The notes below the pieces were generated by a model. It was not told the origin of the DNA and made no database searches. It was given only the letters and a program-made list of their open reading frames with translations. A DNA stretch of 64,000 nt. Origin: Podarcis erhardii (taxonomy: Eukaryota). A program made the translations under genes and the position numbers. The number at the start of each line of letters is the position of its first letter. Within the stretch, counting starts at the first letter, position 1. Location of the stretch: assembly GCA_964252035.1 (NCBI GenBank), contig OZ176202.1, one strand, 5' to 3'. Shown in pieces: positions 47,428 to 59,586 of the stretch.

Positions 47428-50395
47428 ATATAGAGAAAATGTTATTTGGAGATATTTAGTAAGTTGCTTCTCTCAAAAATATTGAGAGCTTATCTACTCT
47501 TTCCAGGCATGGTCCGCACTTTAAAGCTTCCTGACCAAGCACTCTTCCCCACCTCCACCTGAAAAACCCGCTCTTTAAAACTGAATTGGAGCTAACAGCA
47601 ATCCACTGAAAACCAGAAATGACATTTGCTCCGATTGAGCGCCAAAGAGCAGGTTTTTGTGTAGAAAGCTCAGGGCAAAAAAGAGAAAGCTGTGTGGACC
47701 TGTGCCTGGAAAGTGTGGGGTGAAAGGAAAGTGTGGATAAGCCCCAAGATACAGGTTTTATAGATCTGATTTCTAAGCTCCAAATGTGTTGTCTTGAATT
47801 GCTTTGGAAAGACTGTTTTAAGTGCTATAAGTTTGGCTACAACTTATATTTGAAGAAAGCGATTAAGTTTGCAATGTGTATCCTTTTAGTAAAACAAACA
47901 ACTAGCTTTTACGTCCCAAGAGTCATACAAACAGGACTTCTTAGAAATGTCTCCCTTGGAATTGTTCTACCAATAAAATGCCACCCATATAGATGATTGA
48001 ATGTTGCAGCTGGACCAGTTTTAACAACTTTCTGTTTTGTCTTTGCTGTCGTCTCCTCGACTTGCATTATCAGAGACCTCCTAAATTGTTTGCTTTAAGG
48101 AACAAAATTGGACAGATGTATCATCTGTCATGGGACCTGAACCCACTGTCATCCTGGGAGAGAGCTGCTATTAATGGATGAAGATGTCAAACTATGTTAC
48201 AGCCGTATCCACGATGGCATATTTATCACGGTGTCAGAGGGCCCCTTACAAACCGAAGGATTTCAGTGTTTATTCACAGTGAAGGCACTTAATTAATGAC
48301 TCGGCCTAATCACGCTGTTTTATTATTTACAGGGATACCAGCATGGCTTAGCTCAACTGATATGCAAACAAACCAGCCTCGTCCTGCTTTAATTAATAAT
48401 TCTCAACCAGGCTGAGAGAGTGGCACTGTCAAGTTGCTCTTCAGTGATTTACAACACCTCCTTTGCGACATTCGCATCTCTTGCATGCAAATGAGCAGCC
48501 ACCTCTGCAAATCTTACCATTTAAAACACAAGCTGTCACGTTGGTGGCTGCAATGCCCTTATCTTGCGCATGACTTAATGAAGACAAATGTCTGATTTGG
48601 CCAAGTTCCTTGGGTCTTTCATGGGCACACACCTACAAGGGACAACGTTTCAGAAAGAGTCAGGGGAAGGAACTGCATGAACAAGTTTCCTCCCCCCCCC
48701 TTGCCCTGGCTACATTCTTAAATACTTCTGCAGTGAAATGTCTTGGCTAGGGTTGGACGAATCTGTACCTTCTGGTTTCTTGGGTTCTCGTTTTTCCGAT
48801 CTTAAATTCAATTCTCAGCATTTCAACATCTGTTTGCAAATTGCATACAAATATTACATTCTCTAATATTTGGGCATGTTCTTTTAACTAATGCATACAT
48901 TTCCTATGGACACTTTACCGCACTGCATGCATTTTTGTACACGGCACTTGGGTTGAGAACAGCACTGCAAAATTTGAAGAAGTGCAAATTTTGAAGAATG
49001 GCTGTGTTTTGGTTTTCATTTTGCTTCCAAAAGTGCAAATTTGGTTGATTTACCTTTAAGCAGCTTGATTGGGAATACAGGAATATTGTGAATGAGAATG
49101 ACTAATGGATCTTTGTGTGTGTGTGTGTCCCCCACTTGCCCTGCATTGTTCACACACAACGGCTAGCTGATAATTGGCCAAATGGGGCTACAAGGAAGTT
49201 CAGAGTAATTCAGTATAGCTGGAAAAATTCAGTAGTACATGGAGAATCATATCTGGCTTTCTATAGTAAAATCTAGGCCTTCCTTTGGGGCTCTGAATTC
49301 CCCCCCCCCCCAACTGTGATTAATGCCCTATTTCATCCACAGCTTGTAGTAGCAAAACAGTCCTTTCTCTCTACATGCCCGTTCTTTTTCAGAGGGCGAT
49401 GGAAAGCTGCCGAGAACAGTTCAAAGGAATGAGTCATGGCTTCCCTGATGAGGCTTCAGTCACACGCTGAACTCTCTCTCTCCATTGGCATTGTTAGATA
49501 TATGCAAATCATGAGGGGAGATTGACCTCCACCTTATGTGTTCATTTCTTTCTCTATGGAATGCTCAAATTAGAAGTTCTCAGTTCAGTTCTAGGGTGGG
49601 GAGGCATACAGAGGGTCTCTGGCTCTTTGTCTTTTGTCTTAAAAGACAGTGGAGGAGTCTTGAAAGCATCAATAGTTTCCCAGTCTCAAACTATGAGGAA
49701 CCCGGCCGGCCTCATCCCTGCTTCTTACCTTCATACCAGTATTGACTAAAAGCAGGCAGAGAGTTTGTTCAATCTGCTGTGACTTACTGTTCTTTCGTTA
49801 GTAACTTGGCAGTATAAAAGAAGAACCACAGGGCATAGAAAATATTCCAGAAATGGCAGTGGATTATCCCACATTGTTCTGAACTTTGCCCCAAACCCCC
49901 TCTTTTGTTATTTCTGACTCTTAGTCCTGGCTTATTTCATTTAGAAAAGCTTGAGGAAATCAATCTTAGCAAAGCCCAGTGTGAACTGGCCTGATCTGCA
50001 GTTACTGGACTGATGTGCAGATAGCCTTCACAGTTGTGTCACAGTACTCAGCTCAAAAAAAGGTATCAAAACGTGCTTCAATGAGTATTTTGGGATCAAA
50101 TTAATTTAGGAATGCAATGCACATTTTCAGAGAAAATGCATTAAAAATGTGTATGCACATTTAAATGCAAAATTTCATGCAGGAATTGCAGGTTAATTTT
50201 TGAATTGCAGATTGATTTAGAAATGGGGCAGAGAAAATTTAGGAGTGAACACCTATGCAAATGGCATGGACTGTAAGGAGATTAACTCATCCATCCCAAG
50301 CTTCATTGGTCTTGCTTCTCAGCCTGCATTTTGCAATCCAACTGCATCCAGGGATCTCTGCTGGCCAACTATTAGCAGTGGCCTACCTGCTATAA

Positions 50396-50745
50396 CACAG
50401 GTGGTGCTGTGGTCTAAACCACCGAGCCTCTTGGGCTTGCCGATCAGAAGTTTGGCGGTTCAAATCCCCACGACGGGGTGAGCTCCCATTGCTCGGTCCC
50501 TGCTCCTGCCAACCTAGCAGTTCGAAAGCACGTCAAAGTGCAAGTAGATAAATAGGTACCGCTCCAGCGGGAAGGTAAACGGCGTTTCTGTGCGCTGCTC
50601 TGGTTCGCCAGAAGTGGCTTAGTCATGCTGGCCACATGACCCAGAAGCTGTACGCCGGCTCCCTTGGCCAATAAAGCAAGATGAGCGCCGCAACCCCAGA
50701 GTTGGTCACGACTGGACCTAATGGTCAGGGGTCCCTTTACCTTTT
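50396..50745 (+). mobile_element. Near full-length Sauria/Squam1 (POM-type) SINE
   Basis: GGTGGTGCTGTGGTCTAAACC...GCGGTTCAAATCCCC...GTCCCTTTACCTTT; perfect 12-bp TSD TACCTGCTATAA (50384-50395, 50746-50757). Confidence 0.9.
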
Positions 50746-50786
50746 TACCTGCTATAAATCCCTTTGGACCGTTTACATGTGATTTA

Positions 50787-51831
50787 GGGAAAGGCCAGAG
50801 CTCAGTGGTAGAGCACATGCTTTGCATGCAAAAGATCCTAGGTTCAGTCCCCAGCATCTCCAGGTAGACTGGGAATGACCGCTCCCCACTTAAAACGGGG
50901 GGCGCCTTTTGCGTGGACGCGTGCAGCCCTGGATCTGGAGTGGCCCCATCAGCATAGGCTTTGCCTTCCCCCAGGTGGGATACCTGGAGGTCCCCGCCTA
51001 CCCCAGCGAGTTGTCCAATCCCACCTGGGGGAAGTGTTGCCAGGGAAACCAGGCCAGGTAAGGGGAGGGATTACCTGCCCACACAATAGAGGGTGGATCT
51101 TAATTGTTAATCCTCACTTGGCTCCAGAGCTTCTCCCACCCTACCCACCCTCAGTTAATGTCTTCTTTTGCAGGTTAACTTTTTTTTTTTCATAGGTTTT
51201 GCAGGTTAACCTGTCTCCACAGGTATGCGGGCGCTGCTACGATAAGGTCGCTGTTAAAGGGCCGGAAAGGAATTTCCCTGCATTGGCAGGTTTCGCCTTT
51301 CCCGTAGCAAAACGTCACAACTTTGGCGGTATCAGGCCTTGGGCGGAATCCTTTAGTCCATCTTCCTCTTTGCGGCGGCGATACCAGGGTTCCCCGTTAA
51401 AGGGGTTTTTGAAGGGAGGCTTTGGCCGTACGCCGAAAGGTCGTCATTGCTCTCCCCTGCGGCGGCGTAACGGGGGCGGCTATCTCTGCTTGAACATATG
51501 TTCTCCAGAGCCGGCCCATCCCCCCCCCACACACTGGATAACCCTGATGCTCCCTAGGTCCCCGGCTGGGGACTAGGGAGGGAGAACGCCCAATGCCTGA
51601 GCCAAGGTCTACCCACATTTGAAATTTAATAAAGTTGTGGCCAATTTAATCCCATAGCACGTTGTCTAGAGTCGTTATTCCACATGACGGGGGGACCACT
51701 CGGGATCTGGGGACTCCGCCTGTCCACGCAATGAATAATCTCTGAAACCCTGAATAGTTGCTGCCAGGGTAGACAATACTGAGAAAGGTGGATCAATCAT
51801 CTGGCTCAGCTTATATAAGCTTCCTATGTTC
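50787..51831 (+). mobile_element. Squam3-like tRNA-Ala SINE split into head (50787-50878) and tail (51735-51831)
   Basis: Head AGCTCAGTGGTAGAGCACATGCTTTGCATG...GGTTCAGTCCCCAGCATCTCCAGG; tail CTGAAACCCTG...GTAGACAATACTGAG...GCTTCCTATGTTC, like the SINE tail at ~29085-29165. Confidence 0.75.
50879..51729 (+). mobile_element. Unclassified 851-bp CpG-rich insertion with imperfect ~45-bp terminal inverted repeats (DIRS/Ngaro-like terminal repeat or unusual solo LTR?)
   Basis: AATGA repeated at both junctions (50874-50878, 51730-51734); inverted arms 50909-50951 and 51685-51731; AATAAA 51628-51633. Confidence 0.6.
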
Positions 51832-53129
51832 AGATTTGCCCATTCTTTCCCATTAGTATTGGTTACCCAGACCAGTTGTACTCTGACCAACACCATTCAG
51901 ACTGACACCATCCACTGTCAGGTTAGCCATAATAGCTGGAAACTGTGTGGTAACGTCACACAGTTAGCCCAAGACATTTTGCTGCTTGGGGAGGGACCCC
52001 AAGATAGTACCTCGCTCCCATTCAACATACAGAAGGTGACCAGACTTGTAGCTGAATCTTACCTCAGCACTGGCAATGAAACAACATCTTCCACCACACC
52101 TGAGGGTAGCAGCTTATCTAAAGGGGTGCACACTGGATGCACTGCTCTGTCCTTCAGTGTCTCCCCATCCCCAGCAAATGCTGCCTGAGTCAGCTGCCTC
52201 TTTCTGCCTAATAGTAGGGCCGGCCCTGGATAATGTGGTGCAAAGTTAAACAGCTGTGTCTCATTTACAGGTTTCAGCATTCAGTCTGTTTGACCCTCCA
52301 CCACTGAGTAAAAGATGGGAAATTACAAAATAAATCTCTTAATGATTTTTCTTTCTGCTGCATTTTTAAATCTCAGAGCCAACAAGTGACTTATAGCTTG
52401 CCCTAGAATGGCATAGAATATTGGAGGGCATGTTGTGTTGACAAAGAGGCAAAGTAGCTCATTTTAGTGCCTTTTGTTGAAAAGAATATTCTGAAGAAAG
52501 AGAGTAGCTTAAATTAAATGCACACGGAGGGGGAATAACATATAGTGGTACAAAAACCAGGCCATTTTAACTATCCCCCTTATGGCTCATTTCCTCACTA
52601 GCGAGGATAAGTGTGTTATCCCACTGTAACTCATTATGTTTTCTACCTCCCTCTGTTCCTTTGTATCATGACAGTCATTAGTTAGTTCTGTGGCATACTG
52701 TTAGACATGAAAATGTATTTGGAGAGTGATTTTTTTTTAAAAGTCCTGTTAAAATCTCCCTATTCCATGAGGGAATACAATAAATACGGTAAGCATAAAA
52801 GATCCTGTTGTGAGAACAGAACATGAAGGCTTTAGAAAGCAGCCTGGAACATGATATTCCACCAAGAAATGCAAAATGTGACACTTACTGGTCCATTGTA
52901 TCAACACCTGCAGTTTCTTTGACTGCTTAGAGGATATTTACTTCCTTAAGAACTTTATCTTTAAATTTAACCCTAGGATCGAGCGGTGCTCATAGCTTAC
53001 CATACGACCATGTGCGTATTTGTGTTTGTGGAGTATTACCTCAGGAAAACAAAATGGTAGAAATCCCACCATGGGGATTTTGTCTCATTTGTTACCAGCA
53101 AGATGTCTCAAAGTAAATATGGGCAGCAT

Positions 53130-53413
53130 TGTGGATGTGATGTTGGCCCTGCGCTAGTGTGTGTATGCAGTGGTGAGATGGATGAGGGAAAATCAGCTGA
53201 GCTTGAGTCATGGCAAGATGGAGGACTGTGGATGAGTGGTTCCCATGTCTAAGAAACTGGACAACTGCCTGCCTTGGATGGGGTTGTGTTCTCCCCGAAT
53301 AAGCAGGCATGCAGTTTGAGGGTGCTTCTGGATGCAGCTCAATCACTGGAGGCTCAGGGACCCTCAGTGACTAGAAGCACATTTTGTCCGCTGTGCCTGG
53401 AACAACAGCTATG
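53130..53413 (+). mobile_element. L2 ORF2 (post-RT) internal remnant
   Basis: Translates AVVRWMRENQLSLS...LPALDGVV...SLRVLLD...SLEAQ, matching L2 WMxxNxLKLN...LGVxLD. Confidence 0.7.
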
Positions 53414-53576
53414 ACCTCCCAGAGCTACGATTCCCAATGAGATTTAACAATCAATCCCTCTATTCAGGAAACTCTGGGAACTGTAGCTCTCTGAGGGGAA
53501 TAGGGGTCTCGTAACAACTCTCAGCATTCTTAGCAAACTACAGCTGAGAAACTACAATGACTGTTTAAAGTGAAAT

Positions 53577-53712
53577 TGTTGTTGTTGTTTAGTCGTGTCC
53601 GACTCTTCGTGACCCCCTGGACCAGAGCACGTTGGCACTCCTGTCTTCCACTGCCTCCCACAATTTGGTCAAACTCATGTTAGTAGCTTTGAGAACACTG
53701 TCCAACCATCTT
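53577..53712 (-). mobile_element. Bov-B 3' fragment
   Basis: Reverse complement of the terminal sequence at 25617-25772; it interrupts an older palindromic MITE. Confidence 0.85.
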
Positions 53713-54764
53713 GTATAGTACTTTAAATGTGTGGTGCAAATGTGACCTGAGTTAATACACTGCATTTTTTAAAAAGAAAAAAGAACAGATTCATTGAATC
53801 CTAACCTTTCATTCTGTGGTGCCAACATGCCGGCCTCCTGCTCCTGTATCACCTCATGTCATCTGGCAGCCCATTCTGCTGCTCGCCTCTTGACAGCCCT
53901 TCCGTCCACTTCCATGGCTCACGTTACAATAACGCACAGGGATGTGAAACCAGACAGTGAGGGAAGGAAACATGGAGGTGCATAATGTCTTGACATGCAC
54001 TGTACAATGTTACAGTGCCAAAGACGAACAACTGGCACCAGTTAGGTACTAGCTGTATGTGAAGCAGCCCACCCTGCTTCACCATCTGAGGCAAAATAGG
54101 ACTGTGCTGCCCCCTGCCCCACCCCACACTTCTGCCATTCGCCAGCATGCTCCCCTGTCTCACCAAACTTGGCAAGAGGGGGAGGCATTCTGCAAGGCAT
54201 TCCCGCTCGTCATCCCCACTCAGGAACAGAAGTTGTGGGGTGGGTGGGGTGCTGCCTCTTACACTTCCACCGCCTGAGGCAAGTGTTTCACCCTGCCTCA
54301 CCAGTGGATCGGCTCTGAAGTGAATACGCATGCCGGGGAGATGATGACATCATGCTATATTACACACCACTTGAATGTTATTTCTTATGTATTAATTGGC
54401 AAGTATTATCCACTTAGCTTGCTTTTGGGGGTTTCGGCTTGCTGCCCCTGCCCACCTGTCTTTAGGTGACAGGCAAAACCATTCCTCTTCTCCCAGGTCT
54501 TTGGCTTTTAAAACTGTATGTGGGGTATTGTTTTTATTCATTATTAGGCTATATATTTTTGTCTTTTTACATTGTAAACTGACCTGTGATCTTTGGATGA
54601 AGGGTGGTATAGAAATTTAATCAATAAAAATTCATAAATAATAAAAAATAATCAATAATTTATAGCATGGGGATTGGAAGCTCAGATAAAATCCTGCTTT
54701 TGCATGTGCCACAGAAAAAAGGCAGGAGGAAATTGAGCAACATGTAGGACACAACAGTAGCACT

Positions 54765-55192
54765 TTGGGTTATGGAATTAATTCAATTCCATTCTCATTT
54801 ATAGGGAAACCTGCCAAATTTGCATTTTTCCAAACAATACGCAAACAGAAATGTAGCCATTCTTTTGAAATTTGCACTTATCTGAATTTAGAAATGCAGT
54901 TCTCTGGACAAGTAATGTTTACAAAGATGGACATAGGAAAGTGTGCATAAAATGCATATATTAGTGAAAGACATGCAGATATTTATTCCATATGGGGAAA
55001 CTGCTTTGTAAAAATATACATATTAGGCCAGATTGCAGATAAACATGAACATATTTGGATAAATTCACACAAAAATGCTGATGAATTATTTTTTAAAAAA
55101 GGAAACTCATATGGAGACATGGAGAACTGAACGTAAAAATGGAAAAGTGAGAAACTGAGAAAACTAAAAATTGACAGTTTCATCCATCCCAT
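54765..55192. mobile_element. Old AT-rich non-autonomous DNA element family
   Basis: Shared motifs (AAATGCATATATTAG, AAAATGCTGATGAAT, end CCATCCC) recur at ~4044-4230, ~22590-22780, ~24440-24620, ~48745-49060 and ~50100-50235. Confidence 0.55.
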
Positions 55193-56962
55193 TCCAACCG
55201 ACTCTTTTGTTTACAGGTGCAATTTTATTTCTAATGTAATGTAGATAAGTTACATTGCCTCATAATCTTTGTCAAAATGTTACTGTGTGTTCCTATATTA
55301 ACTGCCCTGGCTGGGCAACAACTCTAAATTGGCACAACATATCATGAGCCACATAGCTAGAACGTGTGATCCCCCCCCCCCCCCCCGATTGATGTGACTG
55401 CCTGTAAATTTGTGCCAGGATGTTTGATGGTCTATTGGATGAACTCAGCAGTACAAGGCAGCAGCATCTTTGCCTTATTAAATCTTCCTCTCCACTCCAT
55501 TCTCTCGGTTACATTTGTCTGCATTTGCTCTTTCTGAAGATATTGACACAGCAAAGCAAGTTTTGCTGCAGTTAGTTTCTCACTTCTAATAAATTCCAAA
55601 AGCCTGCTTCAAAAAATGCTTTGTCATCAGGCCAGCCGCCCCCCTTCCACCTACCCAACCAATCAGAAAAAGAAATACTTCTGGAACGAAACCTTCCTTC
55701 TTCATCTCAGGTTACATTATTTTGCTTCATCGTTTAAATTTGCTGGCTAAGGGCTTTATCCCGAGACATTAAAAATATAAAGAGGTTCTTATCACCAAAA
55801 TTGTTCTGGGGTAGAGAAGTATAACAGAGAATTTACTTCATAATGGAGTACTGCCTCTCCAGATCCAAGAAAAGACTTCCGTCCTGCTATGATTAATAGA
55901 TATGTATTTTGGGTTTTTGCTATTTCATAACATCTCTGTGTGTGACGGCAGGTTTGCACGTGTACTTTGCTGGCTGGGATCTTAGGTTGGGTCATGGTGT
56001 TCATCTCTGAAGAGAGTGACCCAGGGGGTTCAAAGGAAGCATACTGGGTGACTTTGAGCCAATCAGCTCAACTTCATGGGGTCATTGTGAAAGTAAAATG
56101 GGAGGAGGCCATTTATGTACTGTGGCTTGCCGTTGTTTTATTGATTATAGTTTAGAAATTATTTATTGTAACTGTTGAGTGGATTTCTGTTTAGCTTTTA
56201 TATGTTATTATTATTTAATACTATTCTAATGATTGTTGAACGTTACTTTCTTGATGTAGGTTGCCTATTTTAAAGTTTTATTATCACATTTTTGTATTGC
56301 ATTAGATTGTTATAAGATGTACATTTTTTGTTTCTTCAGCTTGTAAACCGCCTTGAGTATTGTAAGATAGAAAGACGGTATACAAATTAAAAAATGAAAA
56401 ATGAAATGAATAGACACACTGAGCTGCTTGGATTAAAAAACAGGATGAAAGATTCAGGACAGACACGAATTTACTCCCACAAGTTGTAGTGATGGTCACC
56501 AATCTGGATGGCTTTAAAAGAGTTCTGATAAATTCATGGAAGATAAGGCTATCAATGACTGCTAGCCATGATGATTATGTTCTACCTCCACTGTTGCATA
56601 CCCTCCAAGTGTCCCAATTTTCCAGGGACGGTCCCAGAATTACAGAAGGCATTTCGGCTTCTGATTTGATCCCAGAATATCCCTATTTCCCCCACCAGTG
56701 CTACAACCACCAAGCTCAGAGAGGAGGATGCAGTAGCGCTTGTTCCGAGCGGCAGCTGCTGTGAGGGAGCATCCCACGGCAGTTGCTGAAGAGCGGACAA
56801 GGAGGAGGAAAGGCTGTGGCCCCTGAGGCCCTGCCCTGTGTGGCGTGCTGACTCTGAGGGGCAGGCAGAGGGCAAGGCTGCAATCCTACAGACACCTACC
56901 TCACAGTAAGTCCCATTGAATCCAGTAGGACTTCCTTCTCAGTAAATATGCATAGGATTGTA

Positions 56963-57204
56963 CAGTGGTACCTCAGGTTAAGTACTTAATTCGTTCCGGA
57001 GGTCCGTACTTAACCTGAAACTGTTCTTAACCTGAAGGACCACTTTAGCTAACGGGGCCTCCTGCTGCTGCCATGCCGCCGGAGCACAATTTCTGTCCTC
57101 ATCCTGAAGCAAAGTTCTTAACCTGAAGCACTATTTCTGGATGAGAGGAGTCTGTAACCTGAAGCGTATGTAACCTGAAGCATATGTAACCTGAGGTACC
57201 ACTG
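56963..57204. mobile_element. Tc1/mariner MITE
   Basis: TA-flanked, TIR CAGTGGTACCTCAGGTTA...TAACCTGAGGTACCACTG; same family as 24042-24248. Confidence 0.9.
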
Positions 57205-57244
57205 TACTGGTAATGCCTTTCCTCCAAAAATGCACATTTTACGT

Positions 57245-57379
57245 CAGGCGTAGGCAAACTCAGCCCTCCAGATTTTTTGGAACTACAACTCCCACTATCC
57301 CTAGCTAACAGGACCAGTGGTCGGGGTGATGGGAATTGTAGTCTCAAAACATCTGGAGTGCCTAGTTTGCCTATGCCTG
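57245..57379. mobile_element. URR1-like palindromic hAT MITE
   Basis: CAGGCGTAGGCAAACT...AGTTTGCCTATGCCTG termini; same family as 8290-8419. Confidence 0.8.
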
Positions 57380-58418
57380 TTTTAAGCGGATGTTCTGTTT
57401 TGTTTTCTGAGCTAAGAACTCTGTTGAATTTTCAGGAAGCATGAAAGCTGGTAGATAATTGAATTCTGACCCTCACATTAGTCAAGGAGGTGCATTTCAG
57501 GTCCTCCTGTATCAAAATTCACAAAGATCTAATTTGTCAAGCATTTCTACATGCAGAAGTCCTAGGTCAAGATGGAACCACTCATTTGTTATTTAATTTC
57601 TTGAGACTTGGGTAAGGGAACTGAAACCATCTTAATATTGTTAAAAAGCACAACGGTTTTGCCCTACACATTTTCATGCAAGGCAAATAAGGACAAAACA
57701 GGAGCAAAGTTTTGACCAGGACAGGTAGAAGTAAAGTGAGGTTGTCCCGTTAAGATAGGCAGCATGACAGGGACAGCGTTAAAGTAAAGCTAATCACTGA
57801 TTTACAGATATTACTGGGTTCTCAGTATTTGGGGCATGACAACCAAAATATGTGCAGTATTTGGTTGATGCCCAGCACTAAATGAGTAATAGCAGGAAAT
57901 TTCTGTGGTGCCTACTTTCTTGTGGGTGTGAACAACAAACCTAGAAGAAGGGTTATTATTAAAAATTATGGAATAATCTGGAAAAAAAAAGAATTATTGC
58001 AGATTAACATTCCAAAGCATAGCAAATTAATATGGCTATTAAATGCTGTCAAATATGCCAGCATACAGCAAAAAATAATTGATATTCGTTTATCTGACAG
58101 TATTTGTCACACTCAAAGACTAGGCATTTTAAGTAAAGGTGTTTCTGTAAATACCAATAGATCTGTGAGAGCATCTTTTAAAAAGAAATTATTCTTGGTT
58201 TAGGTGGTGTAGGTGCTTTTAAAAACTCATCTGTTTTTACTGAATCACATCTAGTAAATTGACTTTGCAAGTATTTTTAATAACCGCCCAAAGCGAAAGC
58301 ATTTAACCGAGGCTAGTTTGTGAGCAGAACAACACCAAAACACTCTGTACACTGAAAAATCCTATAGACATAGGCATACAAACAAGAGCTTGTATGTTGC
58401 ATGTTGCCTGCTTATGTA

Positions 58419-58932
58419 CTGTATTTTTCGCTCCATAAGACACACTTTTTTCCTTCCAAAAAAGTGTGGGGAAATGTGTGTGCGTCTTATGGAGCGAGTG
58501 CAGGCGGGAGGCTCTTGCTGGAGTCGTGCTCTCTTTAAAGAGCTGCGCCTAGTGTGTGTCTTGCTGGCTTTCCCGCGAGGTGAGAGAAGGGACTGACGGG
58601 CTGCCCTCTGTCTCTTCCCCCACCTTCTGGAAAAGCCAGCAAGAGCCACACGCTCTTTAAAGAGCCAGGCTCTGCTCAGCGCTCCCTTGTAAGGGCTCCC
58701 TTTCATCCCTCATCCCGCTTTGCTAGGAAGTCAGCAGAACAAGAGGCGCTGCGCAGCTATTGCTCTTGCTCTGCTGGCTTCTCAGCGAAGCGGTAGGAGG
58801 GACGGAAGAGTTTAAAGCAAGAAAAGCGAGAGCCATTTACATGCTCTGCACAGAATATTTTTTTCTTGCTTTTCCCTCTAAAAACTAGGTGCGTCTTATG
58901 GTCAGGTGCGTCTTATGGAGCGAAACATACAG
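58419..58932. mobile_element. pogo/Tc2-type mariner MITE
   Basis: TA-flanked, TIR CTGTATTTTTCGCTCCATAAGAC/GTCTTATGGAGCGAAACATACAG. Confidence 0.85.
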
Positions 58933-59440
58933 TAACTTTGCCACTTCATCTGTTACTCCTTTAATCATGTGCCGGATTTATATCCCACCTTTCATCATGA
59001 ATGGTATTAAGGCACCTTCCCGGGGCCAACCGAAGAGAGCGTGCACCCTAAGATGGACAACATGGCGGAACCCCTCCTCATTCCACATACACAGGCAAAA
59101 TGTACCAGCAGTTGAATCTCAGTTCAATACTAGTGAAGAGATCAGTGTTCTTAACCCACCCGGGGCAGTTTAGTGAGGTCAGGACAATCTATATAGCATA
59201 CATAGCTCTTAGGAGAAACAGCAAAGGAACTGCAGCAGCAGCTGCTGTCACCTGAGGCAGTCACCTCACAATGCTTATTGGTAGGGCTGGCTGTGCTGTT
59301 TCCAAAAAGAGTAAGAGTTTTATTTTTAAAAAATACCAATAAAGCAGTGTCAAAATCTTTTCCCCTCTGTTAAATTTTTTTTTTAATTAATTTCAATTAC
59401 AAAAAATCCAATATATGCCACAAAGCAGTGTCAAAATCTA

Positions 59441-59586
59441 GATAGCTCAGTTGGTTAGAGTGTGGTGCTGATAATGACAAGGTTGCAGGTTCGATTGCCA
59501 CAAGGGACAGCTGCATATTCCTTCACTGCAGGGGGTGGTACTAGAAGATCCTCAGGGTCCCTTCCGACTCTACAATTCTGGGATTC
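59441..59586 (+). mobile_element. tRNA-Ile-derived SINE with CR1-type tail
   Basis: TAGCTCAGTTGGTTAGAGTGTGGTGCTGATAATGACAAGGTTGCAGGTTCGAT resembles tRNA-Ile(AAT); it is followed by ...GGGTCCCTTCCGACTCTACAATTCT. Confidence 0.8.

Noticed and set aside
59441-59515. tRNA-like sequences (also 8697, 31240, 33935, 50787)
   Set aside because: Stems are disrupted and most run into SINE bodies or LINE-derived tails; they are SINE heads, not tRNA genes.
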